Shown here piece by piece: positions 36,020 through 46,155 of a DNA stretch of 64,000 nt (its first letter is position 1; each line of letters opens with the position of its first letter). This DNA is from Salinivirgaceae bacterium (GTDB taxonomy: Bacteria; Bacteroidota; Bacteroidia; Bacteroidales; SZUA-534). The stretch spans positions 4,288-68,287 of the forward strand of contig JAFYYA010000069.1 in assembly GCA_017557785.1 (NCBI GenBank). Direction: 5' to 3'. Under the pieces are notes generated by a model, which saw only the letters and a program-made list of their open reading frames with translations, had not been told where the DNA came from and did no database searches. The translations under genes and the position numbers were made by a program.

Positions 36020-36059
36020 CACTTTGATTTTGAAACCGTAATTTTTAAAACGAATTTTG

Positions 36060-39000
36060 ATGGTTACCTTCTTTAAAACACCTGAAAACAAAGTGATTGC
36101 AGTGCAGACGACTGCCGAAATCGCAGCCGCCGACATTGAGAAACTGAACTGGCTTTTCGGCCGTTCGGAGTGCCTGGGACAGAAAGCGCCTGCCGGCTCG
36201 TTTGTGGGCCCGCGCAAGGAGATGATTACCCCGTGGAGCACCAACGCCGTCGAGATTACCCAAAATATGGGTATCAGCGGCATTGTCCGCATTGAGGAGT
36301 TCGAAGCGCAGAGTGCCGACAAAAAGCACTTCGACCCAATGCTCAAATCGTTCTATAACCAATTGGACCAAAGCATTTTCACTGTCGATATCAAGCCGCA
36401 GCCCATTGTCCACATAACCGATATCAGGGCCTACAACAAAAAAGAAGGCTTGGCACTTAAAGAAGAGGAAATCAACTATTTGGAAGGCCTTGCAAAGAAA
36501 CTCGGCCGTCCGCTCACCGACAGCGAAGTGTTCGGCTTCTCGCAGGTGAACTCGGAGCACTGCCGTCACAAAATCTTTGGCGGACAGTTTATTATCGACG
36601 GCGAGGAGAAAAAGGAAACGCTCTTCGGCCTGATTAAAAAGACTACAAAAACCAACCCGAACAACGTGGTTTCGGCCTACAAAGACAACTGCGCGTTTAT
36701 GCAGGGACACACTCTGGAGCAGTTTGCACCGGCCGCGCAGGAGAAATCAGATTTCTTTGAAGTGACTGATTACGAGTCGGTTTACTCGCTGAAAGCCGAA
36801 ACTCACAACTTCCCCACAACTGTGGAGCCGTTCAATGGCGCCGCAACTGGTTCGGGCGGCGAAATCCGCGACCGTATGGGAGGCGGCAAGGGCAGTATGC
36901 CGATTGCCGGAACTGCCGTTTATATGACTTCGTATCCGCGCCTTGACGGCGGACGTCAGTGGGAGAAGGCCACCGAGCCGCGTCCTTGGCTCTATCAGAC
37001 GCCAGAGCAGATTCTTATCAAGGCGTCGAACGGTGCGAGCGACTTCGGCAACAAGTTCGGACAGCCGCTTATCTGCGGAAGTTTGCTCACAATGGAGCAC
37101 TTCGAGCAATACAAGAAATTCGGTTTCGACAAGGTGATAATGATGGCCGGCGGCGTGGGCTATGCCAAAAAGAAGGACTGCCTGAAGGCCGACCCCGAGC
37201 CGGGCGACAAAGTGGTGATTCTGGGCGGCGACAACTACCGCATTGGAATGGGCGGCGGCGCAGTGTCGTCGGTTGCCACGGGCGAGTACAACAACTCGAT
37301 TGAGTTGAACGCCGTACAGCGCTCGAACCCCGAAATGCAGCGCCGCGTTTACAACGCAATCCGCGCCCTAAGCGAACAGTCTGACAACCCGATTGTCTCT
37401 ATCCACGACCACGGCGCAGGCGGCCACCTGAACTGCCTTTCGGAGTTGGTTGAGGCCACCGGTGGCGTTATCGACATTCGCAAACTGCCTATCGGCGACC
37501 CGACTCTTTCTGACAAGGAAATTGTTGGCAACGAGAGTCAGGAGCGTATGGGTTTGGTGCTGAAAGAAAAGGATATAGACCACCTGAAGAAAATTGCCGA
37601 CCGCGAGCGCGCGCCAATGTACGTTGTGGGCGAGGCCACGGGCGATATGCAGTTCCGCTTCACCGACAAGCAGACCAACGAAGACCCTATCAATCTGCAA
37701 CTTGCCGATATGTTTGGCAATCCGCCGCGCACCATAATGAACGACAAAACCGTCAAAGAACAGTATGCCGATTTGAAATACGACACCGCTAAAGTTGCCG
37801 ATTATCTGGAGCAAGTGCTTCAACTTGAGTCGGTTGCGTGCAAAGACTGGCTCACCAACAAGGTGGACCGCTCGGTGACCGGAAAGGTTGCAATGCAGCA
37901 GTGCGCCGGCCCGCTTCACCTGCCGCTCAACGACTGCGGCGTGGTAGCGCTTGATTATCAGGGCAAATATGGTGTCGCCACTTCGGTTGGTCACGCACCG
38001 CTTTGTGCGATGATTAATCCTGCCAAAGGCTCGCGAATGGCTGTGGCCGAAGCACTTACAAACATTGTCTGGGCGCCGATTCAGGACAAACTGAAAGGCA
38101 TTTCGTTGAGCGCCAACTGGATGTGGCCGTGCTTCAATCCGGGCGAGGACGCAAGACTCTATAAGGCTGTTGAGGCGTTGAGCGATTTCTGTATCAAGTT
38201 GGGAATCAATGTTCCGACTGGCAAAGACTCGCTCTCGATGACGCAGAAATATCCGAACGGTGACAAGGTTCTGTCGCCTGGAACGGTGATTGTTTCGGCC
38301 GTTGGCGAGACCACCGATATCCGCAAGGCTGTGTCGCCCGTGCTGCACAATCTGAAATCTGAACTGATTTATATCGATTTGTCGAAAGACGCTTTGAAAC
38401 TTGGCGGTTCAGCGTTTGCACAGATAATCAACGGCGTAGGTGCCGATTGCCCCGACATTACTGATACTGAATATTTTGCAAAGGCGTTCAACGCTGTTCA
38501 GGGCTTGATTGAAAGCGGTCTGGTGATTGCCGGACACGACGTTTCGGCAGGTGGTCTTGTTACCACATTGCTCGAGATGGCCTTCTCGAACGACGAGACT
38601 GGCCTGAATATCAACCTTGCTGACTTTGGCGAGAGCGACCCCGTGAAACTGTTGTTTGCTGAAAATCCGGCACTTGTGCTGCAAGTTGCCGCCGACGGCA
38701 AAGCCGCTGACGCACTCAAAAAGGCGGGTGTGGCATTCAAGACTATCGGCACGCTGGGCACTGCCGGCAAACTCGACATTGCCGCAGGTGCAAGCAAATA
38801 CTCATTCGATATCAAGAAGTTGCGCGACACTTGGTTCCGCACTTCATACTTGCTCGATTGCGACCAAACTCAAAACGGCCTGGCACTCGAGCGCTTCAAC
38901 AACTACAAGAACCACGCCCACAAGTTCGATTTCAAAGCCTTCGACGGCTCGGCAAAATCGCTTGGTATCGACCTGAAACGCCGCACAAAGAGCGGCATTA

Positions 39001-39749
39001 AGGCTGCCATAATCCGCGAGAAGGGCAACCAATGCGACCGCGAGGTGGCCTATATGCTCTACACCGCCGGCTTCGATGTGAAAGACGTTCATATGACCGA
39101 CCTTGTGAGCGGCCGCGAGACGCTTGAGGATGTGAATATGATAATCTTCGTCGGCGGATTCTCGAATTCCGACGTTCTGGGTTCGGCAAAAGGCTGGGCT
39201 GGTGCGTTCCTTTACAACGAGAAGGCCAAAAAGGCTCTCGAGAACTTCTACGCCCGTCCCGACACGCTGAGTATGGGTATCTGCAACGGCTGTCAGGTGA
39301 TGGTTGAACTCGGACTTATCAATCCTGCCGACGCTGAGAAGCCGCGGATGCTGCACAACAAGTCGCACAAGTTCGAATCGGGCTTTGTTGATGTCGTTAT
39401 CGAACCGAACAACAGCGTGTTCTTCAAGAATATGGCAGGAATGAGGCTTGGCGTTTGGGTGGCTCACGGCGAAGGCCAATTCAGTTTCCCATACAGCGAG
39501 GACAAATACAACATTCCTGTTAAATACGCTTACGGCACCTATCCTGCCAACCCGAACGGCTCGGCGTTCAACGCTGCCGGCATTTGCTCGGCCGATGGCC
39601 GCCACGTGGCAATGATGCCGCACCCCGAGCGCGCCCTGTTCCCGTGGCAGTGGCCGCACTACCCCGAGGGCCGCAAACAAGACGACCTGTCGCCGTGGGC
39701 AATCGCTCTGCGGAATGCGTTCGAGTGGGTAAAAGCAAAAAAAGGTTGA
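36060..39749 (+). CDS. purL: Phosphoribosylformylglycinamidine synthase, large single-chain form
   Basis: About 1229 aa. FGAM synthase motifs are present (ETHNFPTTVEPFNGAATGSGGEIRD, HDHGAGGHLN). The C-terminal glutaminase domain has GICNGCQ and a HPER catalytic pattern. ORF-track 36057 is TTG and ATG is at 36060. Confidence 0.95.
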   Translation: MVTFFKTPENKVIAVQTTAEIAAADIEKLNWLFGRSECLGQKAPAGSFVGPRKEMITPWSTNAVEITQNMGISGIVRIEEFEAQSADKKHFDPMLKSFYNQLDQSIFTVDIKPQPIVHITDIRAYNKKEGLALKEEEINYLEGLAKKLGRPLTDSEVFGFSQVNSEHCRHKIFGGQFIIDGEEKKETLFGLIKKTTKTNPNNVVSAYKDNCAFMQGHTLEQFAPAAQEKSDFFEVTDYESVYSLKAETHNFPTTVEPFNGAATGSGGEIRDRMGGGKGSMPIAGTAVYMTSYPRLDGGRQWEKATEPRPWLYQTPEQILIKASNGASDFGNKFGQPLICGSLLTMEHFEQYKKFGFDKVIMMAGGVGYAKKKDCLKADPEPGDKVVILGGDNYRIGMGGGAVSSVATGEYNNSIELNAVQRSNPEMQRRVYNAIRALSEQSDNPIVSIHDHGAGGHLNCLSELVEATGGVIDIRKLPIGDPTLSDKEIVGNESQERMGLVLKEKDIDHLKKIADRERAPMYVVGEATGDMQFRFTDKQTNEDPINLQLADMFGNPPRTIMNDKTVKEQYADLKYDTAKVADYLEQVLQLESVACKDWLTNKVDRSVTGKVAMQQCAGPLHLPLNDCGVVALDYQGKYGVATSVGHAPLCAMINPAKGSRMAVAEALTNIVWAPIQDKLKGISLSANWMWPCFNPGEDARLYKAVEALSDFCIKLGINVPTGKDSLSMTQKYPNGDKVLSPGTVIVSAVGETTDIRKAVSPVLHNLKSELIYIDLSKDALKLGGSAFAQIINGVGADCPDITDTEYFAKAFNAVQGLIESGLVIAGHDVSAGGLVTTLLEMAFSNDETGLNINLADFGESDPVKLLFAENPALVLQVAADGKAADALKKAGVAFKTIGTLGTAGKLDIAAGASKYSFDIKKLRDTWFRTSYLLDCDQTQNGLALERFNNYKNHAHKFDFKAFDGSAKSLGIDLKRRTKSGIKAAIIREKGNQCDREVAYMLYTAGFDVKDVHMTDLVSGRETLEDVNMIIFVGGFSNSDVLGSAKGWAGAFLYNEKAKKALENFYARPDTLSMGICNGCQVMVELGLINPADAEKPRMLHNKSHKFESGFVDVVIEPNNSVFFKNMAGMRLGVWVAHGEGQFSFPYSEDKYNIPVKYAYGTYPANPNGSAFNAAGICSADGRHVAMMPHPERALFPWQWPHYPEGRKQDDLSPWAIALRNAFEWVKAKKG

Positions 39750-39822
39750 ACAGGTTGAAACGCTTCGCTGTTGAACAAGTTGAAAGTTTAGATGGTTTAG
39801 CGTTTCGTTATTAGGAATGATA

Positions 39823-39853
39823 AAATCCCGTTCGAAGTTCGGACGGGATTTTT
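39823..39853 (+). terminator. Rho-independent terminator after purL
   Basis: AAATCCCGT...ACGGGATTT hairpin plus a T-run. Confidence 0.7.
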
Positions 39854-40187
39854 GTTTATAATTAAGTTCTAGCGCCATCGACAACACAATACACCCACAG
39901 TCGCGACAAAATTCGTTGTATGCAAGCCGTAAAAAACATGATGTGGTTCATAAAAACAAATGATGACTAACACGTGCTTTTTTATAACATATTTTTTGCC
40001 ATTCCGTTTAACTGAACTGTAAGAAATTGACAGATAGTTTTTTTCATAAGGTTTGAGTTAGTTAGTAAAAAGTCTCTGGTTGTGAAATCGGGGACTTTTT
40101 GATTTATGTGGGGTGGCAAAACAAAAGGAATTTTGATGCTGCCCCGCATTTTTATGCTTCAGCTGGTACGTTGTATTAACTATTTTC

Positions 40188-40195
40188 TACATTTG
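40188..40195 (+). promoter_or_regulatory. Putative -7 promoter box TACATTTG
   Basis: TAnnTTTG match 22 nt upstream of ATG 40217. Confidence 0.4.
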
Positions 40196-40216
40196 TTCAC
40201 ACAAAAAATAAATGAG

Positions 40217-40558
40217 ATGGACGATTTTGAGAAGAAAGACAGCGATACCGCGTTTTCGAAGGTTGTGAAAGCCGGCAAACGCACCTATTTTTTCGATGTG
40301 AAAACAACCCGTCAGAACGAGCACTACATCACGATTACCGAAAGCAAGAAGATTTTCGAGGACAATGGAAGTGCACATTTTGAGAAGCACAAGATCTTCT
40401 TGTATAAAGAAGATTTTGAGAAGTTTATGGACAGTTTCGACGAGGCTCTGCAATTCATAAAAGAGAACGGTGGCGGAACCGTAAACACAGAAAACAAGTC
40501 AGAAAACACCGAAACCGACAAATACACCAATGTCGATTTTGACGATCTGGGCAAATAG
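40217..40558 (+). CDS. PUR-alpha-like nucleic-acid-binding protein (DUF3276)
   Basis: FSKVVKAGKRTYFFDVKTTRQNEHYITITESKK...KHKIFLYKEDFEKFMDSFDEALQFI is the PUR repeat pattern. The start was moved from 40106 to the in-frame ATG 40217. Confidence 0.65.
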   Translation: MDDFEKKDSDTAFSKVVKAGKRTYFFDVKTTRQNEHYITITESKKIFEDNGSAHFEKHKIFLYKEDFEKFMDSFDEALQFIKENGGGTVNTENKSENTETDKYTNVDFDDLGK

Positions 40559-40667
40559 CACAGGATCTGTCAAAGGCTGATTTGCAGATTGTTGTAAAAA
40601 TTAACGCGTAACTGACAGCACCATTGAGTGCGATTGGTTGCGCGTTTTTTGTAAAGTTTAAAGATGA

Positions 40668-41471
40668 TTATTCCAACGGATTTTCTTCGTTCGGCTCACT
40701 ATCTTCCAATTCATCGATATCATCGAAGTTGATTTCGTTCTCAGAGCCCAATTCTTCCATTTTGCCGGCTACAAACTCGTCTATCTCATCGAATGTCAGT
40801 GTTTTAACATTGGTGATCAGAAAATCGGTTTTAAGGAAGTTTCCATACATGTTGCACTCGTCAACAGCGTCGAGCAATGTCTGATGGCACGGCACATCTA
40901 ACGGAATCAGCACTGTCATTGCCGCGTATTTGCCCTGAAATTCAATGCTTTCGATGTCAGAGTGGTTGTTTTTCAGCGCAGTTTCAAACTCTGACTGGAT
41001 GACGTGCTGCTGGTATGGTGCGAACTCATCGAGATTGTTGCCCACAAGTGCCACAAAATAACGCAGCAATTTGCCACGGCCGCCCAAGCCTGTCGACACA
41101 AACACCTGCCGTTCGTTGAGCAGATTGCCTTCAATCAGCATTTTGCTTTCCTGCAGGGCCATCAAAGCCCACTGATGCAGCCGGTTCGACTTGTCTTTTG
41201 TGTATTCTTCAAGGATGCGGTAGGCGCGGGGGTCATCGATGCTGGCAAGCAGAATCATGCGGTCGCGCAACTGTTCGTCGTCGAGTTCCGGTGCTATCAG
41301 ATCTTCAACTTCTTCCAATTGAGGTGCGCTATCGCGTCTGATTTTCTTCGAGCGCTTGAAATAATCCATCTGCAAATTAATGTCGATGGGTTCATCAATG
41401 ACATTAAAATTGTTGCTGCCCGAAGCCAGATTCGAAAGTTCCTTAAATATGTTAAACAAGTCGCTGTTCAT
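40668..41471 (-). CDS. Hypothetical protein with a strongly acidic C-terminus
   Basis: 267 aa from ATG 41469-41471. No recognised domain. It is divergent from the HD-domain membrane protein. Confidence 0.45.
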   Translation of the reverse strand: MNSDLFNIFKELSNLASGSNNFNVIDEPIDINLQMDYFKRSKKIRRDSAPQLEEVEDLIAPELDDEQLRDRMILLASIDDPRAYRILEEYTKDKSNRLHQWALMALQESKMLIEGNLLNERQVFVSTGLGGRGKLLRYFVALVGNNLDEFAPYQQHVIQSEFETALKNNHSDIESIEFQGKYAAMTVLIPLDVPCHQTLLDAVDECNMYGNFLKTDFLITNVKTLTFDEIDEFVAGKMEELGSENEINFDDIDELEDSEPNEENPLE

Positions 41472-41607
41472 CTGTCGATTTTTAGCACACAAATTTGCAT
41501 AAAAAAACACAACCGACCACTGTGCCAAAAATTTTTTGCGTGCCAACCATGTCAAAATGTGTATTTTTGATAAAAATTTTACGCCGATGATACCAGTTGA
41601 GGTCAGA

Positions 41608-43695
41608 ATGTCGAAGCACTACAAGGTTAGCGCGCTGATAATATATGTTTTAGCCGTGATTGCCATCACTGCCATGCTGCCAAAGCAGCGGCAGTTCAAA
41701 TATGAGTTGCAGAAGGGCAAAGCCTGGCAGTATGAAGATTTGTATGCGCCGTTCGACTTTGTGGTGCTGAAAACCAATGCAGAAATCAAGGAAGAGCGCG
41801 AGAACATCTACAAAAGCGCAAAACCCTATTTCACTGTCATCTCATCGGTTTATCCTGAACAGAAAATCAAGTTTGAGCAGGACTTCGACAGGCGGTTTGC
41901 GTCGGCAATGGATATGGTGCGCAATAGGTATCCCGATTTCCAAATCGATGTCGACACCATCAAGGCGCGGATTCATCAGTTTGCGCTGACAGAGTTGGAA
42001 TTTGTTTATTCAAAGGGAATTACAAACTACACCGAAGTGCTCGAGAAAGAGAACGGGCAGGGAATGGTGGTGCTGGTCGAGAACAAGATGTCGCACACTG
42101 TGCCGTCGACAGAAGTGTTCACCGTGCATTCGGCGCAACAGTATGTGGCAGAGCAGATTTCGATAAAATTCAGCAGCAATCCCGTGCTGCTCACCGCCAT
42201 CGACTACCTGAATGTCTACGATTTCATCAAACCCAACATTGAATATGATAAAACGCTGACAACCAAAGCTCGGCAGACACTTGAAGAGCAACTGTCGGAA
42301 TCGCGCGGAATGGTGCAGGCGGGAACGCTCATCATCGCGCACAACGAGCTGATGAACGACCAAAATCTGCGTGTTTTGCGGTCGCTGCGGCGCGAGTATC
42401 AGAGCTCGGGCATATCGGCTTCGCTGATATCGTGGACGCTCTTCGGTCAGACATTGCTGGTGGCCATTCTGATGGCGCTTCTGTTTGCTTTTGTGATGCT
42501 GAACTATCCGCGCATTCTCACACGTTTCCTTCACTTGTTTTTTGTGGTGGGGCTTGTGGTTGTGATGATTGGAATGATGTGCGTGTCGATGCGGTTGCAA
42601 CTGGGCCACGCCTACTTGCTGCCGTTCGCCATTCTGCCGCTCATCCTGCGCACGTTCTACGACGGTCATCTGGCCATTATCGCGCACACGCTGACAGTGA
42701 TTTTGTGCGGCCTGTTCATCTCGAGCGGTTTTGAATTTATTATGCTTCAGACAGTTGCGGGAATGGTTGCCATCTTCTGCCTGTCGCGTATTGCCAAACG
42801 CCGACAACTGTTTTCGGCTGTGCTGCTGGTAACTGCTTCGTACATAATAACATACACGGCCATATCGCTTCTTCAGGAAGGACAGTTTTCCAACATCGGG
42901 CTGCGGCCGTATATGTGGTTCATTATCAACGGATTATTCCTATTTGTAACCTATCCGCTGATATTCTTGTTCGAGCGTGTTTTCGGACTCGTGTCAGATG
43001 TGACGCTGCTTGAGTTGGCCGACACCAACCATCCGCTGCTGCGCGAGTTGGCCGAGAAGGCGCCTGGCACGTTCCAACACGTGATGCAGGTTGCCAATCT
43101 GGCCGAAGACGCCATCCGCAATATTGGCGGCAACGCGCTTATGGCCCGTGTGGGGGCGCTCTATCACGATGTGGGGAAAGCCAATGCACCGCAGTTTTTT
43201 ATTGAAAATCAGGTTGGTGCCAATCCGCACAATGCACTCTCGAACGAAGAGAGCGCCGCAATCATCATCGGGCACGTGAAGAACGGTGAGACATTGGCAA
43301 AAAGTTACAAACTGCCGCCGCGTATCATCGACTTCATCACCACCCACCACGGAACCGATGTGGTGCGCTATTTCTATAATAATGAAGTAAATGCCAATGG
43401 CGCCGACAATGTGGATGTGGCAAAATACACTTACCCTGGGCCATCGCCATTCTCGAAAGAGACGGCTGTGGTAATGCTTGCCGACTCGGTTGAAGCGGCG
43501 TCGCGCACGCTGAAAGACTACTCGCCCGAAGTTGTGGGTCCGCTTGTTGACGAAGTTGTGGGCGACAAGATTGAGCATGGTCAAATGAATCAAGCCGACC
43601 TGACGTTCCGCGATATAGAGACCATCAAGGCCATCTTCAAGCAGAAACTGCAGAACATCTACCACACTCGGATTGAGTATCCGAAGGCGAAGTGA
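41608..43695 (+). CDS. 7TM receptor with intracellular HD/HDIG phosphohydrolase domain (PgpH/YqfF-like)
   Basis: An extracellular N-domain is followed by 7 TM helices. The HD domain follows (GTFQHVMQVANLAE...ALYHDVGK...HHG...ADSVEAASR). Confidence 0.85.
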   Translation: MSKHYKVSALIIYVLAVIAITAMLPKQRQFKYELQKGKAWQYEDLYAPFDFVVLKTNAEIKEERENIYKSAKPYFTVISSVYPEQKIKFEQDFDRRFASAMDMVRNRYPDFQIDVDTIKARIHQFALTELEFVYSKGITNYTEVLEKENGQGMVVLVENKMSHTVPSTEVFTVHSAQQYVAEQISIKFSSNPVLLTAIDYLNVYDFIKPNIEYDKTLTTKARQTLEEQLSESRGMVQAGTLIIAHNELMNDQNLRVLRSLRREYQSSGISASLISWTLFGQTLLVAILMALLFAFVMLNYPRILTRFLHLFFVVGLVVVMIGMMCVSMRLQLGHAYLLPFAILPLILRTFYDGHLAIIAHTLTVILCGLFISSGFEFIMLQTVAGMVAIFCLSRIAKRRQLFSAVLLVTASYIITYTAISLLQEGQFSNIGLRPYMWFIINGLFLFVTYPLIFLFERVFGLVSDVTLLELADTNHPLLRELAEKAPGTFQHVMQVANLAEDAIRNIGGNALMARVGALYHDVGKANAPQFFIENQVGANPHNALSNEESAAIIIGHVKNGETLAKSYKLPPRIIDFITTHHGTDVVRYFYNNEVNANGADNVDVAKYTYPGPSPFSKETAVVMLADSVEAASRTLKDYSPEVVGPLVDEVVGDKIEHGQMNQADLTFRDIETIKAIFKQKLQNIYHTRIEYPKAK

Positions 43696-43712
43696 TGCTT
43701 ATTGTTTGAAAA

Positions 43713-44393
43713 TCAATGCTTATCGTCGTAGTTACGCTGCCCGAAGATTGATGAGCCGACACGAACCAATGTTGAACCGTGGGCAATGGCCAGTTGGTAG
43801 TCGCCCGACATTCCCATTGAGAGTTCTTTAAAATCGTCAGAACCAGCAAAATAGTCAGTTTTGAGAGTGTCGAAAATCTGCTTCAGATTGGCGAACTCGC
43901 GGTTGGTCTGCTCGGTGTTGTCGGTCAGGCTGCCGATGCCCATAACGCCGCAGATGCGCACGTTATGCAATGTCCGAAACTCATCAGAATCAAGCAGTTG
44001 GCGGGCTTCGTCGAGCGTCAGGCCGAACTTTGTCTCTTCGGTGGCAATGTGAAATTGCAGCAGGCAGCGCACCACCACGCCGTGTTTGGCGGCTTCCTTG
44101 TTGATTTCGACCAGCAGTTTCAGGCTGTCCACGCTGTGTATCAAGCTGATATAACTGATGATATATTTTATTTTGTTGGTCTGCAGGTGACCGATGAAGT
44201 GCCATTCAATGTCCTTCGGCAGGTCTTCGTGTTTCTGTTTCAGTTCCTGCGCGTGGCTCTCGCCAAAGATGCGCTGCCCAGCGTTGTAGGCTTCCTGAAT
44301 GTCGGCTTCAGGTTTCATTTTCGACACCGCCACAAGCCGCACCCCAGCGGGCAATGTCGATTTTATACGGTTCAGATTATCAGATATGCTCAT
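43713..44393 (-). CDS. yggS: YggS-family pyridoxal-5'-phosphate homeostasis protein
   Basis: LVAVSKMKP (PLP Lys), FGESHAQEL, WHFIGHLQTNK, LSMGMSGDYQLAIAHGSTLVRVGSSIFG. Confidence 0.9.
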   Translation of the reverse strand: MSISDNLNRIKSTLPAGVRLVAVSKMKPEADIQEAYNAGQRIFGESHAQELKQKHEDLPKDIEWHFIGHLQTNKIKYIISYISLIHSVDSLKLLVEINKEAAKHGVVVRCLLQFHIATEETKFGLTLDEARQLLDSDEFRTLHNVRICGVMGIGSLTDNTEQTNREFANLKQIFDTLKTDYFAGSDDFKELSMGMSGDYQLAIAHGSTLVRVGSSIFGQRNYDDKH

Positions 44394-44508
44394 AGTTTTG
44401 ATGTTTTTTTGAACGCTGATGACACAGATTTAACTGATTTACACAGATTTATTTATTTCTAACCGATTTTATCCGATTCAAATAGACTGCGTTATTATTT
44501 ATTTTTTT

Positions 44509-44561
44509 CGGTTGCCACGCTGTGACAGCCCTACAAAACTTAAAACTTCAATAACTTATAA
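44509..44561. repeat. Composite repeat, copy 2 (hairpin unit plus the 27-nt word)
   Basis: CGGTTGCCACGCTGTGACAGCCCTAC (44509-44534) is about 20/26 identical to the unit at 33461-33486. It is followed by the identical 27-mer at 44535-44561. Confidence 0.85.
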
Positions 44562-44590
44562 CTTAAAACTTCAAAAATTTACAACTTAAA

Positions 44591-45838
44591 TCACTTCCGC
44601 GTTTGTCCTTCGCCCGTCACGAGCCACTTGTACGAGTTGAGTTCGCGCAAGGCCATTGGGCCGCGAGCGTGCAGTTTTTGTGTTGAGATACCGATTTCGG
44701 CACCCAAGCCGAATTGTGCGCCGTCGGTGAAGGCAGTTGGGGCGTTCACGTAAACCACAGCAGCGTCAACTGCCTTGCGGAACAAATCGGCATTTGCCTG
44801 ATTGTCAGTCACAATGCACTCGCTGTGGCGCGAACTGTAGCGGGCAATGTGAGCCAGCGCTTCGTCAATCGAGCCAACGGTTTTGACAGCCATTTTGTAG
44901 TCCATAAACTCAGTGCCAAACGACTGTGCGTCAGCGTGTTCGAGCAGATTGGCGGGGTATTTTCCGTCGAGCGCGGCATAGGCTTGCTCGTCGGCGTAGA
45001 TGATGACGTTTTTGGTGGCGCAGTCGGCAACCAAAGCCGACAAATCGGCCAGGCGTTTCTGATTGATAATCACGCAGTCTAATGCGTTGCAGACGCTCAC
45101 ACGGCGCGTTTTGGCGTTGAAGATTATGCGTTTTCCCCACTCAAGGTTGCCGAACTCGTCGAAATAGGTGTGGCAGATGCCAGCGCCAGTCTCGATGACG
45201 GGCACAATGGAATTTTGGCGCACAAAATCGATGAGCCGCTTGCTGCCGCGCGGGATTATCAGGTCAACGTAGTCGGTGGCCTTCAGCAGTTGCTCGGTTT
45301 CGGCGTGACCGGCAGGCAAAAGCGCAATGCAGTTCTCATCAACTCCGTGGCGGCGCAGCACTTCCTTGATGATGCCAACACCCACAACGTTCGAGTCGTA
45401 GGCGTCAGAACCACCCTTCAGGATGCAGGCGTTACCCGATTTCAGACAGAGCGAGAAGACGTCGTAAGTGACGTTCGGGCGTGCTTCGTATATCATTCCA
45501 ATAACGCCGATTGGTACGGTTACTTTTTTGAGTTTCAACCCGTTGGGCAGTTCGCGTTCTTCAAGCGTGCGGCCAACCGGATAGGGCAGCGAAGCCACGT
45601 TGCGCATATCGCCGGCAATGTCGGCAATGCGCTGCTCGGTGAGTTGCAGACGGTCATAAACGGGATTGGCCTTGTCCATACGCGCCAAATCCTTGTTGTT
45701 GGCGGCCAGAATCTCGCCAGTGCGCGCCACAATGGCATCGGCCACGTCGCGCAAAATATTGTTAATCTTCTCTTCGGTCAGGAAAACCATACCGCGGCTC
45801 GCCTGCCGCACTTTCTCAAATAATTCAGTGCAATCCAT
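44591..45838 (-). CDS. proA: Glutamate-5-semialdehyde dehydrogenase
   Basis: 415 aa reading ...[17 protein letters not shown]...ILKGGS...RVSVCNALD...[11 protein letters not shown]...[31 protein letters not shown]. Confidence 0.95.
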   Translation of the reverse strand: MDCTELFEKVRQASRGMVFLTEEKINNILRDVADAIVARTGEILAANNKDLARMDKANPVYDRLQLTEQRIADIAGDMRNVASLPYPVGRTLEERELPNGLKLKKVTVPIGVIGMIYEARPNVTYDVFSLCLKSGNACILKGGSDAYDSNVVGVGIIKEVLRRHGVDENCIALLPAGHAETEQLLKATDYVDLIIPRGSKRLIDFVRQNSIVPVIETGAGICHTYFDEFGNLEWGKRIIFNAKTRRVSVCNALDCVIINQKRLADLSALVADCATKNVIIYADEQAYAALDGKYPANLLEHADAQSFGTEFMDYKMAVKTVGSIDEALAHIARYSSRHSECIVTDNQANADLFRKAVDAAVVYVNAPTAFTDGAQFGLGAEIGISTQKLHARGPMALRELNSYKWLVTGEGQTRK

Positions 45839-46091
45839 AATTCTTACTCAAACTAAAAACGCAAACTCAAACTAAAAACTGTTTGTAAATGTGAACGCAA
45901 ACTTAAGTGAAATTTTGGGGAAAGTGAGTAACGATTGGCGGGAAAGTGAAAAAAGGCTGAAACCAGCGGAAAGTGACCATTGGTGCGGTTTCAGGCCTGA
46001 AATAGGATTTGTTAATCGTCAAATTACCATAAGATTACGTTCCTTTCGTCAAAAAACACTTGCAATTATGACATTATTATTAAGTTGATGT

Positions 46092-46099
46092 TAAATTTG
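46092..46099 (+). promoter_or_regulatory. Putative -7 promoter box TAAATTTG upstream of the CHAT cluster
   Basis: TAnnTTTG match 57 nt upstream of ATG 46156. Confidence 0.35.
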
Positions 46100-46155
46100 T
46101 AAGATTTTTGAATCGAAATGCTTTTAAAATTAAATAACGCTTAATTTATTAAACT

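Noticed and set aside
35493-36059. A purine/ZTP (pfl) riboswitch upstream of purL. The 74-aa ORF at 35763-35987 was also considered as a gene.
   Set aside because: I could not find the conserved ZTP blocks (GGGUCGUGAC...CCGCCUGGGCA) or the purine aptamer junction motifs. The ORF is AT-rich with an I/K/Y/R-biased, implausible product and no promoter or start context.
36045-39887. Three large minus-strand ORFs (221, 326 and 347 aa) overlapping purL.
   Set aside because: These are antisense shadows of a 1229-aa gene with continuous FGAM-synthase motifs. Their products are low-complexity with no recognisable domains.
41536-41607. Upstream extension of the HD-domain membrane protein, and the overlapping extension of the divergent 40668-41555 ORF.
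   Set aside because: The two extensions would overlap each other head-to-head. The internal ATGs (41608 and 41469-41471) give non-overlapping genes with sensible N-termini.
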